64,000 nucleotides of DNA from Candidatus Saccharimonadales bacterium (GCA_035568495.1 DATMNZ010000057.1:11315-75314), one strand, 5' to 3'. Positions 1 to 10,184 are shown, counted from the stretch's first letter. Numbers and translations: made by a program. Notes: a model not told the origin generated them from the letters alone.

Positions 1-1
1 G

Positions 2-1216
2 GCCACTTTCGTGGAGCTGTTCGAACCGGAATCCGGAGAGCGGATCGACGAGGCGGTGATCACCTGGTTTGAGAAGCCGTATTCCTATACGACCGATGAT
101 GTTATAGAGATCTCAGCGCACGGTGCGCCGGTGGTGCTGCGCCGCATTGTGGAGCTGGCCTTGGCGCGAGGAGCGCGCCTGGCCGGGCCGGGTGAATTCA
201 CCATGCGCGCCTTCCTGCGCGGGCGGCTCGACCTCACACAGGCCGAGGCGGTGCGGGACCTGATTGAATCCCAGACTCTGTATCAGGCGAAGGTTGCGGC
301 GCAACAACTGGAAGGCGCGCTTTCCAAGCGCCTGCAGCCCATCAAGAAGAGGCTGGTAGACCTGATCGCAATCATGGAAGCAGGCATCGACTTTGCGGAA
401 GACGATGTGGCGGTGATGTCCGCGGAGCAAATCCGTACGCGGGTGGAAGAGGTGCGGGCGCCACTCGAAAAACTTAGGGCGTCCTTCGCGTATGGCCGTG
501 TGGTGCATGAGGGCTTTACGCTGGCCATTGTGGGGCGGCCCAACGTGGGCAAGTCGAGCCTGTTCAACCGCCTGGTGGAGCAGGAGCGGGCCATCGTCAC
601 CGCTACACCCGGCACTACGCGCGACCTGGTGACGGAGACCGTGGCCCTGGGCGGGATACCAGTCCGGCTGATCGATACGGCCGGCATTCGCGTCTCTACC
701 GATGAAGCCGAGAGCATCGGCATTCGCAAGTCGTATGAGGCATTGAGCGACGCCGACATGGTGCTGGTAGTGCTCGATGGCTCGCAGCCGGTTTCGACCG
801 AAGATCGCGAACTGCTCGAAGTCGCCCGAAGCCGCCGCGTGCTGGTGGCGGCCAACAAATCAGATTTGGCCAAAGACGCTGTTCCGCATCTGCCTGGGTT
901 CACGGTGCTGCCGACTTCTGCCATTACCGGCAGCGGTCTGGACCAGTTGCGCAGAGAAATACTAAGTGCAGTCTCCGGACAGGCCCCGGGCGAAGTGGAG
1001 AGCGGCTTTCTTACCAACATCCGGCATCAGCGCCTGGTGGAAGAGTCATTGGCCAGCCTGGAGGCCGCGCTTAAGGCGGTGGAAGGCCGGGTGCCTCATG
1101 AGATGATCATGATCGATCTCTACGGCGCCCTGCGTCCATTGGACGCCATCACAGGTGGGACCACGGCGGATGACATTCTGAATTTGATTTTTAGCAGCTT
1201 CTGTATTGGGAAGTAG
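2..1216 (+). CDS. mnmE: tRNA modification GTPase MnmE/TrmE (5' end outside window)
   Basis: The reading frame is open to the window edge. G-domain motifs GRPNVGKSS, DTAGIR and NKSD are present, as is the family-typical C-terminal FCIGK tail. Confidence 0.93.
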   Translation, partial: ATFVELFEPESGERIDEAVITWFEKPYSYTTDDVIEISAHGAPVVLRRIVELALARGARLAGPGEFTMRAFLRGRLDLTQAEAVRDLIESQTLYQAKVAAQQLEGALSKRLQPIKKRLVDLIAIMEAGIDFAEDDVAVMSAEQIRTRVEEVRAPLEKLRASFAYGRVVHEGFTLAIVGRPNVGKSSLFNRLVEQERAIVTATPGTTRDLVTETVALGGIPVRLIDTAGIRVSTDEAESIGIRKSYEALSDADMVLVVLDGSQPVSTEDRELLEVARSRRVLVAANKSDLAKDAVPHLPGFTVLPTSAITGSGLDQLRREILSAVSGQAPGEVESGFLTNIRHQRLVEESLASLEAALKAVEGRVPHEMIMIDLYGALRPLDAITGGTTADDILNLIFSSFCIGK

Positions 1217-1496
1217 GGTCTTTGCACTCTCCTCTTACTGGAAAGCGGTAATCGATCGCCAGTCGCCGGAGGCGACGCCAGCCAGATTCTGCTCCGGTGG
1301 CTGCCGTCGCTTTTGGCGACTCTTCTATACTTCTCTTCTGCTGACCCGGCATTTACCCGTCCCGGCGCAAAGAACGCGCCAGGACGGGACATGCCGGGCT
1401 ATTTTCTTTTGTCGCCTTCGGCGACTGGTCTTCCATTATGGTCACAAATTCGCCTAATGACAGCAGAGCGGCGGCAAGAATACGGTTGGAAAAGAA

Positions 1497-1521
1497 CAGG
1501 GTCCGCCACCGGCGGACCCTG
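1497..1521. terminator. Bidirectional intrinsic terminator hairpin between mnmE and the convergent TonB-dependent receptor
   Basis: Perfect 11-bp stem cagggtccgcc / ggcggaccctg with a 3-nt loop. It is flanked by an A-rich run upstream and tttgaaaaaa downstream, so it is T-rich on both strands. Confidence 0.7.
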
Positions 1522-1549
1522 TTTGAAAAAAGCTTCAGCATGTTCCTCT

Positions 1550-4486
1550 TTATCGTCCCGGCTCCCGCGAGAGCGTCCAGCGCAGGCCGACTGAGACTGT
1601 GCGGCTGTAGTACTCACGCTGGATGGGGAATTGTTCGCTGCCCTGGTAAAAGCCAAAGGTCTCGTTGGTCAGGTTGAGTATGTTGCCGACTACCTGAAAC
1701 CCGCGCCCGCCGGGAATCCAGTAACTTACCTGCGCGTCCACCTGGGTGTGGGGGTAAAGATAGACGTCTCCATTCGGGCCCTTCAGGCCGCCGTCCGAGC
1801 CCTGGGTGAACTGGTAGAAGAAGATGCTGGCATCGTTGTGCGTAAGACCCATTCGGGCCGAGATCCCTTTTTTGTCGTAGGTGTAGTCGAAGTTCCAGTT
1901 GTTGGGCGCCTGACGCTGCAACGCCGGTTGGTCTGTCCGGTTGTTAAACGCTCCGGCCGGGAAAGTGGCCTGTGATGTGGTCCAACTGTAGTTGGCCCTC
2001 ACTCCGGAACCGTTCAACAACCCCGGCAGGAATGAGAGTCGTTGCTGCCATGCCATCTCTATTCCGGCAATATGCGCCGTAGGTCCATTGATGGGCTGGT
2101 TCTGGATTTTTCCAGCGAATACTCCCGTGGTGAGCAGCGAATTCGCGTTGTAGATCGGATTTGTCAGATACTTGTAAAACACGCCGGCCTGGATGACGCC
2201 TAGAGGTTTCAGATAATGCTCGATCAAGACGTCAAAATCTTGCGCGCGGGTCGGTTGCAGGTTGGGATTGCCTGCCGATACAGCCGCTTGCCCGGCCCTT
2301 ACGGTGGAATCAAAGGTCAGGCGCGGCGGGAGATCGGAGAAATTAGGCCGGGCGATGCCCATTCCATAAGCCAATCTCAGGATGGTGTTTTCGCCAAAGC
2401 GGGTTTGCAATTGCACACTGGGCAGGGCGTTAATGTAGCTCTGGCTTCCGGGCACGGCTGATGGCGGTCCCACCAACTCGCTGGAACCGAAGAATGGACT
2501 GTTTGGATTCGCATTGAACGACGGGTCCGAATTTCTTGAGGTCTGGACCTGATTGGCCAGGAACGAAGCCTGCGTGGCTTCAAAGCGTACGCCGGCCTGC
2601 AAGCGGAAACGGCTAAAGTTGATGGTATTCATGGCGTAGCCGGCAATCACCCGTTCATCAGTATTGAAGTCACTGGGAAAGGTCCGCGCTCGGTCCGCCA
2701 GGGGATCGGTTTGGAAAGCGCTGGGATTGGCATTGAGGAACGCCACAATCTTGTTGTAATCGGTGGTCGGCCCAAATTTTGGGTAGGCGCCGAAGTAGTA
2801 GTTCGAATTCGTGAAGTTGAGCAGCAAGTTGCTCATCAACCCTACCGCCCCGGCGGCGGGGTTGGTGGGATCAAGGTTGATGGCGCGAAATGTCTCCTGG
2901 TTGTTGAGCGAGGATTTGTGGCCATCCCGCACCTTGAACCCTAGCTCAAAGGTGCTGAAATGCGACCCTGCGTTGTAGTTCCGGTCCAGCGAGATCGAGC
3001 CCGTCACGTCACGCTCGAAGGTGTGGAAGTCCCCGCGTTGCACTTGGAAGAGGGCGTATTGGGTGGGATCGAAGATGTTGGTATTCAACGCCGTGAGAAC
3101 GGGCGTAAAAGGATTGGAGGCATTGAACGCGTACTGCACCCCGTTGTTGGCGATGGCGCTGTTGGCCGCAGGTTGGAAATTGGCGTTGGGAAAAAAGCCG
3201 GTAAAACGCGCCTGGCCGAAACTAAGTTCGTAGTTGAGCAGGGTCTTGCCCAAGGTATGGTGCGCGCCGGCCGTGGCGTTAAAAAGCCGCTGCGCCGGCT
3301 TGCGGGTGACGTGCGAGAAGCTGGAGCTGCCGTCTTGATTCGTTAGAGTGGGGGTGGCAAATGTGCCAACGGACGGTGAGTAGATCCAATCCTGACCGTT
3401 GTCTTTAAACTGCGAGAACAATCCGCGAATATAAGCGGTTGACCATTCACCCAGCTTGTAATCGATGGTGCCACCAAAGCCAAAGCGCGTACGGTCGTAC
3501 CAGTATTCACGCTGATCGTACCCATTGGCGCCAGAAAACGTGCCGGTTTGCGGGCCGCCGTTTGGGAAAAGCCCATTGACTCCCGGGCTGGGTTCCACAT
3601 CGTCGATACCGCGCCCGTTCCAGTCATAGCTGCCGCCACCGATGATGCCCAAACGCTTGTCGTGGCCAAAGCGGTTGCCCATGGTCAAATCGAACTGATT
3701 GAGCCCGCGCCCGCCGGCGATGGGCGTGTGGCCAGTCATCCCCAGGGCGCTGACATACGGCTTGTCATAGGCGCTCTTGGTTACCAGGTTGACCGAGCCG
3801 CCGATGGCATCGCCATCCTGGTTGGCAGACAGTGTCTTGCTAAGCTCGACGGATTCGACCAGATCGGCGGGGATGGCGTCCAGCTTCACGTTGCGCACAT
3901 TTTCCGGAGAGGGCAGGTGCATGCCGTCCACCGTCACATTGCTTAAGCGGGGCTCGGTGCCGCGAATCTGCACGTACTTGCCTTCGCCCTCGTCGCGCTC
4001 CAGCGATACGCTGGGCAGGCGGCCTACAGCATCCGCGATGTTGGTGTTCGGCAGGCTGGTGATCACTTCCGCGGGAAGGACTTGCAGAATGTTGTCAGCG
4101 GTGCGCTCGCGGTTCAGCGCCTCCACTTCACCGCGCTCACGCCCTGGCCGCACAACGACCTCTTCGCGCACCTCTCCGATGTTGAGTATGGCTTCGACCC
4201 GGGAGTTTTCACCGGGGTTCACCGCCACCTCGGCCGAAAAAGGCGCGAACCCCACGTAGGAGACAACCAATGTGTATTTTCCAGGTGTAAGGCCGGAAAT
4301 TGTGAACTGCCCCTGGGCGTCGGAGGTCACGGTCCGGTTCTGGGAGCCGAGTTGTATACGCGCACCTTGCAGGACCCCGTGCTGGGCGTCGGAGACATGA
4401 CCGGTAATAGTTCCTTGGTGCTCTTGAGCAACGGCCAACGTCCAGGCCAGAGTCATGATGAAGACGATTGCGATGAGTTTGCGCAT
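1550..4486 (-). CDS. TonB-dependent receptor with N-terminal carboxypeptidase-regulatory-like domain
   Basis: Signal peptide MRKLIAIVFIMTLAWTLAVAQ. A CarboxypepD_reg-like segment (GTITGHVSD...GKYTLVVSYVGF) and a plug-like segment (LQVLPAEVITSLPNTNIADAVGRLPSVS) follow. About 800 aa of beta-barrel-type sequence complete the protein. Start moved to the ATG at 4486. Confidence 0.85.
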   Translation of the reverse strand: MRKLIAIVFIMTLAWTLAVAQEHQGTITGHVSDAQHGVLQGARIQLGSQNRTVTSDAQGQFTISGLTPGKYTLVVSYVGFAPFSAEVAVNPGENSRVEAILNIGEVREEVVVRPGRERGEVEALNRERTADNILQVLPAEVITSLPNTNIADAVGRLPSVSLERDEGEGKYVQIRGTEPRLSNVTVDGMHLPSPENVRNVKLDAIPADLVESVELSKTLSANQDGDAIGGSVNLVTKSAYDKPYVSALGMTGHTPIAGGRGLNQFDLTMGNRFGHDKRLGIIGGGSYDWNGRGIDDVEPSPGVNGLFPNGGPQTGTFSGANGYDQREYWYDRTRFGFGGTIDYKLGEWSTAYIRGLFSQFKDNGQDWIYSPSVGTFATPTLTNQDGSSSFSHVTRKPAQRLFNATAGAHHTLGKTLLNYELSFGQARFTGFFPNANFQPAANSAIANNGVQYAFNASNPFTPVLTALNTNIFDPTQYALFQVQRGDFHTFERDVTGSISLDRNYNAGSHFSTFELGFKVRDGHKSSLNNQETFRAINLDPTNPAAGAVGLMSNLLLNFTNSNYYFGAYPKFGPTTDYNKIVAFLNANPSAFQTDPLADRARTFPSDFNTDERVIAGYAMNTINFSRFRLQAGVRFEATQASFLANQVQTSRNSDPSFNANPNSPFFGSSELVGPPSAVPGSQSYINALPSVQLQTRFGENTILRLAYGMGIARPNFSDLPPRLTFDSTVRAGQAAVSAGNPNLQPTRAQDFDVLIEHYLKPLGVIQAGVFYKYLTNPIYNANSLLTTGVFAGKIQNQPINGPTAHIAGIEMAWQQRLSFLPGLLNGSGVRANYSWTTSQATFPAGAFNNRTDQPALQRQAPNNWNFDYTYDKKGISARMGLTHNDASIFFYQFTQGSDGGLKGPNGDVYLYPHTQVDAQVSYWIPGGRGFQVVGNILNLTNETFGFYQGSEQFPIQREYYSRTVSVGLRWTLSREPGR

Positions 4487-4641
4487 TTCAACCTCCGCTG
4501 AAATTACCTGTGCAATGAATTGTTGGCCCACAGTTTGATTGTGGGGGAGAAGAGAATACCTGTCCGAAAGTAGTAGAACTGCGAAATCCTAGACAGCGGT
4601 TGTGAAAGGCAGGTTACGAGCGGATGAAGAAGGAGTGAAAA

Positions 4642-5283
4642 TTACAGCCAGATCACGCGCAGGGCGAGCGTGCCGGCAATGTCGTCGCCCTTGTCCTCTC
4701 CATGAACGAAGGTGAGGACGGCATTTCCGGGAAACGTATCGGCGAGGCGCAGTTCCCGGGAGATAAACATGCGGCTGCCATTGGCGCCGATATGTTCGTC
4801 GTAGGTCACTCCGGTCAGGTAATAGGCGTGGCCGCGCAGAAACAGCAAGGTAAGGCGCTGTTGGCGGATGCCGGCAATGGTGGCATCGAGGTTGGTGGGT
4901 GGTCCGGGCAAAAACTGCAATTCAAGCTGGACGTGGCGGCCATCGTTGAGCACGAATTCGCGATTGACTACTTCCGCCAGGGCCTCCATCGAAGGGGTTT
5001 CCGGAAGGCATACCTCGCCACGGTTCCAGCGCATGACCCAGAATGCCTGCTCGAGGGTTACATTCTGGCTTCTCAGCATGGCCTCAAGGCCCGCAGCCAC
5101 AGCCCAGTTTTCACACTTCTGGCTCGCCATCACCAGCTTGGGAGCGTCAAGATCAGCGGTCTGGCCGGCCTTGACATAAACGATGGCGTGTTTTTTCTTG
5201 TCATCGGCGGTCAGGCACACGGCCAGCGCCAGCACCAGAAGGGCAAGGGAAAGAAGACCAGGGGTCGGCAGCAATCGCCTCAT
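4642..5283 (-). CDS. Secreted hypothetical protein with possible Cys/His dyad
   Basis: Signal peptide MRRLLPTPGLLSLALLVLALAVC. SQKCENWAVAAGLEAML and GHAYYLTGVTYDEH resemble a papain-like Cys...His arrangement. No family recognised. Confidence 0.5.
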   Translation of the reverse strand: MRRLLPTPGLLSLALLVLALAVCLTADDKKKHAIVYVKAGQTADLDAPKLVMASQKCENWAVAAGLEAMLRSQNVTLEQAFWVMRWNRGEVCLPETPSMEALAEVVNREFVLNDGRHVQLELQFLPGPPTNLDATIAGIRQQRLTLLFLRGHAYYLTGVTYDEHIGANGSRMFISRELRLADTFPGNAVLTFVHGEDKGDDIAGTLALRVIWL

Positions 5284-5321
5284 CAAGCCCAAGTGTACCG
5301 CCTTTTGACGCCGGCGAAGGG

Positions 5322-5903
5322 TTACTTTGCCAATGCGGCCAAGGTCTTGCGGAAGAGCACATCGAAGGGTTGGTCCGCGAGCTTTTCCAGCCGGGTCATG
5401 GCCCTTTCGACAATGGCCCGCTGATAGCCGAGGTTTACGAGCGCGGAGATTACGTCTTCTTCCACGGGGGAGGTCGCAGCCGTAGCTTCCGGCGTGCCGA
5501 AAGAATCGAGTTTGTCACGCAGCTCCAGCACCATGCGTTCCGCGGTCTTTTTGCCGATTCCGGGAATGCGGGTCAGCAACGCCACGTTGCTGCCACGGAT
5601 GGCGCCCACCATGGCATCGGCGGCCATGCCACTCAGAATGGTGATGGCCAGTTTGGGCCCGATGCCGCTCACGCTCAGCAGCTTTTCGAAGAGCTGCTTG
5701 TCTTCGGGCTTGAGGAAGCCGAACAGCGCAAGCGCATCTTCACGGACGTGCGTATGGATGAACAGCGAGACCTCAGAGCCCAGCGCCGGCAGTCCGGTAA
5801 ACGTGGGGATGCTGATGATGACCTGGTAGCCCACGCCGGAGGCTTCCACGATGGCTTCATTGGGGTGCTTGGCGATCAGTTTTCCGCGAAGGTGGGCAAT
5901 CAT
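5322..5903 (-). CDS. ruvA: Holliday junction branch migration protein RuvA
   Basis: MIAHLRGKL... N-terminal OB domain, tandem HhH motifs (VSGIGPKLA, IPGIGKKTAERM) and a C-terminal domain III. Size of 193 aa fits. Confidence 0.93.
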   Translation of the reverse strand: MIAHLRGKLIAKHPNEAIVEASGVGYQVIISIPTFTGLPALGSEVSLFIHTHVREDALALFGFLKPEDKQLFEKLLSVSGIGPKLAITILSGMAADAMVGAIRGSNVALLTRIPGIGKKTAERMVLELRDKLDSFGTPEATAATSPVEEDVISALVNLGYQRAIVERAMTRLEKLADQPFDVLFRKTLAALAK

Positions 5904-5909
5904 CGTGGG

Positions 5910-6662
5910 TCATCCCCGGCGGCGAAAAATGAGGTTGAACTGAAACCCGGGTCCGGGCGGGAACAGCTCGGCGATCTTCCGCAGGCGTTCGGCCAGCGCC
6001 GCGGGCGCCAGCAGAGAGTATTCACGCTCGCGCAGTTCGTAGTAATCCACATCCAGGTAGAGCGAGAGCAGGTAGATGGCCACCGAATCGGCAAAGGCGG
6101 CAGCCACGAAGCTGGTGCGCGCTTTTTCGTCGATGCGGCCTTCGCCTTCGGCGGCGGCCTGACCAAGGGCCTGCTTGCGGAATTCGCAGGCGTCCACGCT
6201 GGTTTCGCCGCGCACACCACCGGTGGCCTGCTTCCATGCGAGTTCAGCGAATTCCTGGGAGACGCCCGCCGTTTCCACGAAGGCGTGGCTTACATTGATG
6301 TAGAACTCAAAGGCGATGGAGAACCGGTCATTGAGCAGGCGGGTGGAAATGAAAACGCACTGCGCATCGCCGGCGTCGATGTTGCAGTGGCAAGCGGCCT
6401 GATCGATCAGAGAGCTGTCATAGCGCTCGGGAACCAGGGTCTGTTCACCATCCTGCACGGCCAGCGGGACAAAATAGAAGGCCTTGCGGCTAAGGGCGGC
6501 TGCGATCACGCGGGGCACAGCGTTCACCAGGTTTTCCAAATCAGATGAAGGCAGACTGATTTCCCCGGCGGTGGCATAGCAAACGCCGTTGGCGGACTGT
6601 GTGACGCGAACGTCGCGAATCACTTCCTGCGCGGTGCGTGTTTCTTGAGCGGCTTGACTCAC
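5910..6662 (-). CDS. Hypothetical protein upstream of ruvA
   Basis: 250-aa ORF in high-GC coding-like context, 6 nt upstream of ruvA on the same strand. No recognisable motifs. Confidence 0.55.
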   Translation of the reverse strand: MSQAAQETRTAQEVIRDVRVTQSANGVCYATAGEISLPSSDLENLVNAVPRVIAAALSRKAFYFVPLAVQDGEQTLVPERYDSSLIDQAACHCNIDAGDAQCVFISTRLLNDRFSIAFEFYINVSHAFVETAGVSQEFAELAWKQATGGVRGETSVDACEFRKQALGQAAAEGEGRIDEKARTSFVAAAFADSVAIYLLSLYLDVDYYELREREYSLLAPAALAERLRKIAELFPPGPGFQFNLIFRRRG

Positions 6663-6711
6663 GGTATTATTCTAACGTAGGCGGCCGCTGCCGCCGGAAA
6701 ACAGGCTTCTT

Positions 6712-6945
6712 ATGGGCAAATTGATCGTCAGCGCCGGTATTGGCTTGGCCGCCGGCTTGATCTGTTTCTTTCTTTCCGTGGCTTTTCTAGCCATTCTGCT
6801 TCTCAGTGTCCGGGGCGCCAGCGGCCTTCATCCCGATATGACGCTGGCCTACCGTGTGGCTGCCCCGGTCGCGCTGTTGGCTGCCCTAAGCGGTTTTACC
6901 GTGGCGCTGGTGCGGTCCCGGCGCGCTCCCAAGCCAGCGAGTTGA
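6712..6945 (+). CDS. Small membrane protein (two predicted TM helices)
   Basis: 77 aa with hydrophobic stretches IVSAGIGLAAGLICFFLSVAFLAILLL and VAAPVALLAALSGFTVALV. Its stop overlaps the next ORF. Confidence 0.45.
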   Translation: MGKLIVSAGIGLAAGLICFFLSVAFLAILLLSVRGASGLHPDMTLAYRVAAPVALLAALSGFTVALVRSRRAPKPAS

Positions 6946-6962
6946 ATGGCCCTGGATACGTG

Positions 6963-7502
6963 ATGCATCTGCCGTCTTTCAAATACCATCCTGACCCGCT
7001 GGGCACGGGCAGCATCATGGCCTCCGACAAGCCGTGCCAGGTGTGCCGGCAGGCCCGCGGCTTCATCTACACCGCGGCGATCCATTCCATCATCGAATTG
7101 GATGTAGTGTGCCCGTGGTGTATCTACGATGGGGCGGCCCGCGTCCTCTTTCATGCCGAGTTCACCGAAGTCCATAGCGTGGGCGGCTATGGAGAATGGA
7201 CGCCGGTGCCCCTGGCCGTGGCTGAAGAAGTGGCCTTCCGCACCCCTGGATTCTCGGGATGGCAGCAGGAGCGGTGGTTTACGCATTGCGGCGATGCTGC
7301 GGCATTTCTTGGTCCGATGGGCCGCCAAGAACTGGAAAGTCTTGGCCTGGAAGCCGTGAGCATGGTTCGCATGGAAAGCGGTTTTGAAGGTGAGGAATGG
7401 GATTCATACTTCAAGAGCATGGACCGGCATGCCGGCCCGACCGCCTACGTGTTTCGCTGCCTGCATTGCGAATGCTTCGGCGGATACTCAGACATTCATT
7501 AG
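6963..7502 (+). CDS. cbrC: CbrC/UPF0167 family protein
   Basis: PSFKYHPDPLGTGS..., C-x2-C (CQVCRQARGFIY), CPWCIYDG and FRTPGFSGWQQERWFTHCGD match my memory of the CbrC (colicin E2 tolerance) family. ATG at 6963. Confidence 0.7.
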   Translation: MHLPSFKYHPDPLGTGSIMASDKPCQVCRQARGFIYTAAIHSIIELDVVCPWCIYDGAARVLFHAEFTEVHSVGGYGEWTPVPLAVAEEVAFRTPGFSGWQQERWFTHCGDAAAFLGPMGRQELESLGLEAVSMVRMESGFEGEEWDSYFKSMDRHAGPTAYVFRCLHCECFGGYSDIH

Positions 7503-7534
7503 TACAGTGAACGGCAGCTTAAGCAATATGGCAG

Positions 7535-7572
7535 ATCGGGTGATCGGTACATCGGGTGATCTGGTGATCGGA
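7535..7572. repeat. Low-complexity GGTGATC(GG) direct repeats
   Basis: The sequence gatcgggtgatcggtacatcgggtgatctggtgatcgg is related to gatcgggtaatcgggtaat at about 28433-28455. Confidence 0.5.
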
Positions 7573-7688
7573 ACTTCGAGCTCGCTCTGGCTTCACAAAT
7601 CTTCACACCTAAAGTTTGACCCCATGTTGAACAGGCAGTTAGACTTTCGCGCTATATCCGCAGCGACAGTAAAAGGAGAATCTACAAG

Positions 7689-9338
7689 ATGTTGAAGCGT
7701 TTAACAGCGCGTCTGGTGCTGGTGTGCATGGTGTTGGTGTTCAACGCAGCGGCCCAGGAAGAAAAATCCGAAAAAGCCGAAAAAGTTGATCTCGAGACGA
7801 TTTCCAGGATCCGTAACGAAGGCTTCCACAACTCCAAGATCATGGAGACCGCCAGCGGATTGATGGATGGAATTGGAGCGCGGCTGACCGGCTCGCCGAA
7901 CATGAAGCGCGCCAACGAATGGACACGCGACAAGCTCACCGAATTCGGGCTGGCGAATGCCCACCTGGAGCCCTGGAGCCCCTTCGGACGCGGCTGGTCG
8001 AACGAATCCATCAACGTGCGCATGATTGCTCCGGATGTCGCGCCTCTGATCGCCTATGCCAAGGCCTGGACGCCGGGCACCCCTGGCGAAGTCCGCGGTT
8101 CGGTGGTACACGTTAGAATCACCAGCCCCCAGGACTACGCGAGGTATAAGGGCAAACTGGCCGGGAAGATCGTCTTCTTTGGCGAAGAAGCGGATATCAG
8201 GCTTTCCGCCGAGCCTCTCTCTCAACGGCACACTGATAAGTCTCTGGCGGAACTGGGCCAGTACCAGATTCCTGCTGAAAGAAACAATGCGCGTTTTGCC
8301 GATTTCGCACAGCGGGCCCGCGACCTGCGGGCGATTGCCAAGTTTTTTGAAGATGAAAAAGTGCTGGCCCTGGTTGACCATGGCCGCGGGGCCATCTATG
8401 GCGGCACGGTGTTCGTGCAGCAGGGCGGTTCTTACAAAGTTGGCCAGACATCGAACCTCACGCAGGTTTCCATCGCCGGTGAACACTGGAACCGCATTGC
8501 CCGCCTGGTTGACCGCAATGTCGATGTGCAACTGGAGCTGAATGTCAAAAACAACTTCTTTGATGACGCCCTGACTCAGTGGGACACCATCGCTGAAATT
8601 CCGGGTAGTGACAAGAAAGAGGAAGTCGTTATGCTGGGCGCGCATCTTGATTCCTGGCATGGAGGCACGGGCGCCACCGATAACGGCGCGGGCTCGGTGG
8701 TCATGATGGAGGCGGTGCGCATCCTGAAGGCCTTGGGCGTAAAGCCCCGGCGCACCATTCGCATCGGCCTGTGGAGCGGCGAGGAGCAGGGCCTGCTCGG
8801 CTCGCAATGGTACGTCGCCCAGCACTTCGGCGCCCGTCCGGAATCCAAGGACCCGGAACGCAAAGGCGACCCAACCGTAAATCGCCGCGACACCGGGCCG
8901 ATGGTGCTGAAGCCGGAGCAGGCGAAAGTCTCGGCCTATTTTAACGTGGATAACGGGAGCGGCAAAATACGCGGCGTCTACCTGCAGGAAAACGCCGCAG
9001 TCGCGCCCATCTTTGAAGCCTGGATGAAACCCTTCAACGACCTGGGCATGAATACCCTCACCATGCGCAATACCGGAGGAACGGACCATCTGTCGTTTGA
9101 CGCCGCCGGCATTCCGGGATTTCAGTTCATTCAGGACCCACTGGAGTACGATTCACGCACCCATCATTCCAATATGGACGTCTACGACCGTCTGCAGCCC
9201 GAAGACCTGAAGCAGGCGGCGGTGATCGTCGCGTCGTTCGTTTACATGGCGGCCCAACGTGATCAGATGCTGCCGCGCAAACCGATTGAGAAAGAGTTGC
9301 CGCCCCCGCCACCTCGCGGCGAAACGGCGGCGCAGTAG
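7689..9338 (+). CDS. M28 family metallopeptidase (aminopeptidase) with signal peptide
   Basis: SD aaaggagaa precedes the ATG. Signal peptide LVLVCMVLVFNAAAQ. M28 motifs HLDSWHGGTGATDNGAGS, GEEQGLLGS and GGTDHLSF. Confidence 0.88.
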   Translation: MLKRLTARLVLVCMVLVFNAAAQEEKSEKAEKVDLETISRIRNEGFHNSKIMETASGLMDGIGARLTGSPNMKRANEWTRDKLTEFGLANAHLEPWSPFGRGWSNESINVRMIAPDVAPLIAYAKAWTPGTPGEVRGSVVHVRITSPQDYARYKGKLAGKIVFFGEEADIRLSAEPLSQRHTDKSLAELGQYQIPAERNNARFADFAQRARDLRAIAKFFEDEKVLALVDHGRGAIYGGTVFVQQGGSYKVGQTSNLTQVSIAGEHWNRIARLVDRNVDVQLELNVKNNFFDDALTQWDTIAEIPGSDKKEEVVMLGAHLDSWHGGTGATDNGAGSVVMMEAVRILKALGVKPRRTIRIGLWSGEEQGLLGSQWYVAQHFGARPESKDPERKGDPTVNRRDTGPMVLKPEQAKVSAYFNVDNGSGKIRGVYLQENAAVAPIFEAWMKPFNDLGMNTLTMRNTGGTDHLSFDAAGIPGFQFIQDPLEYDSRTHHSNMDVYDRLQPEDLKQAAVIVASFVYMAAQRDQMLPRKPIEKELPPPPPRGETAAQ

Positions 9339-9369
9339 TTTGAGGACCGCCAGGAGATCGCCGGAAAAA

Positions 9370-9399
9370 GGGCATGGCTGCGAAGGCCATGCCCTTTTT
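9370..9399. terminator. Bidirectional intrinsic terminator between convergent M28 peptidase and SDR genes
   Basis: Stem gggcatggc / gccatgccc with a 7-nt loop, preceded by aaaaa and followed by ttttt. Confidence 0.75.
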
Positions 9400-9440
9400 G
9401 CATTTGTGTGGAAGCCTCTCCCATTGGATTTCGGGGACGA

Positions 9441-10184
9441 CTATATCGCCGTATAGCCGCCATCCACGGGGAAGGCTGCGCCGGTAATCCACGCTGCTTC
9501 GTCGCTGGCGAGAAACACCGCTGCGCCGGCCACGTCCTCGGGCTGCCCGAAACGTCCAATGGGATGCATAGCGATGCGCTGGCGGCGCGCGGCTTCATCC
9601 ATGCCGAAGCGGGCCACCATCTCGGTTTCGACGATGGCGGGGCAGATGCAGTTCACTCGGATTTTCTCAGGCGCATGGTCGAGGGCCATGGCCTTGGTGA
9701 GGGCCAGCACCGCGCCCTTGGAAGTTGCGTAGGCCACGCGATTGCGGGCGGCGACCAGACTCAGCACCGACCCCAGGTTGATGATCGATCCGCCGCCGGC
9801 AGTACGCATGTGGGGCAGCACCGCCCGTGAAAGCTGCCATACGCCGCGCACGTTGATGTTGAAGGTCTGCTCCCACTCGTCATCCGTATGGGATTCAGCA
9901 GTGCCGGCCAGAAGCACCCCGGCGTTGTTGACCAGAATGTGGATGCCGCCGAAGTGCTTTACCGCCGCTTCCGCCAGCTTGCGGTTGTCTGCTGCGTCGC
10001 CGGTGTCGCCCCTTACAGCTAGACAATTGGCGAGGCCAATCTCCTGGACGACGCGATCGAGTTTGTCTTGGGTGCGTCCGGCGATGACCACCTTGGCGCC
10101 TTCGCGGGCCAGGGCAATGGCGATGGCGCGGCCGATACCGCTGCCGCCTCCGGTGACGATGGCTGTTTTATTGGTTAGGCGCAT
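9441..10184 (-). CDS. SDR family oxidoreductase
   Basis: TGGGSGIGRAIA cofactor loop, NNAG, and the catalytic YATSKGAV (YxxxK). Length 247 aa. Confidence 0.9.
   Translation of the reverse strand: MRLTNKTAIVTGGGSGIGRAIAIALAREGAKVVIAGRTQDKLDRVVQEIGLANCLAVRGDTGDAADNRKLAEAAVKHFGGIHILVNNAGVLLAGTAESHTDDEWEQTFNINVRGVWQLSRAVLPHMRTAGGGSIINLGSVLSLVAARNRVAYATSKGAVLALTKAMALDHAPEKIRVNCICPAIVETEMVARFGMDEAARRQRIAMHPIGRFGQPEDVAGAAVFLASDEAAWITGAAFPVDGGYTAI

Noticed and set aside
5370-6548. Long plus-strand ORF (392 aa) antisense to ruvA and the upstream hypothetical gene. Similar long antisense ORFs occur at 7701-9089, 13425-14138, 14961-16115, 18377-19894, 29466-31253, 45085-46553, 49720-50415, 54017-54760 and 60601-61431.
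   Set aside because: These are typical shadow ORFs of high-GC DNA. Their translations are Arg/Gly/His-rich and motif-free, while the opposite strand encodes proteins with clear family motifs.
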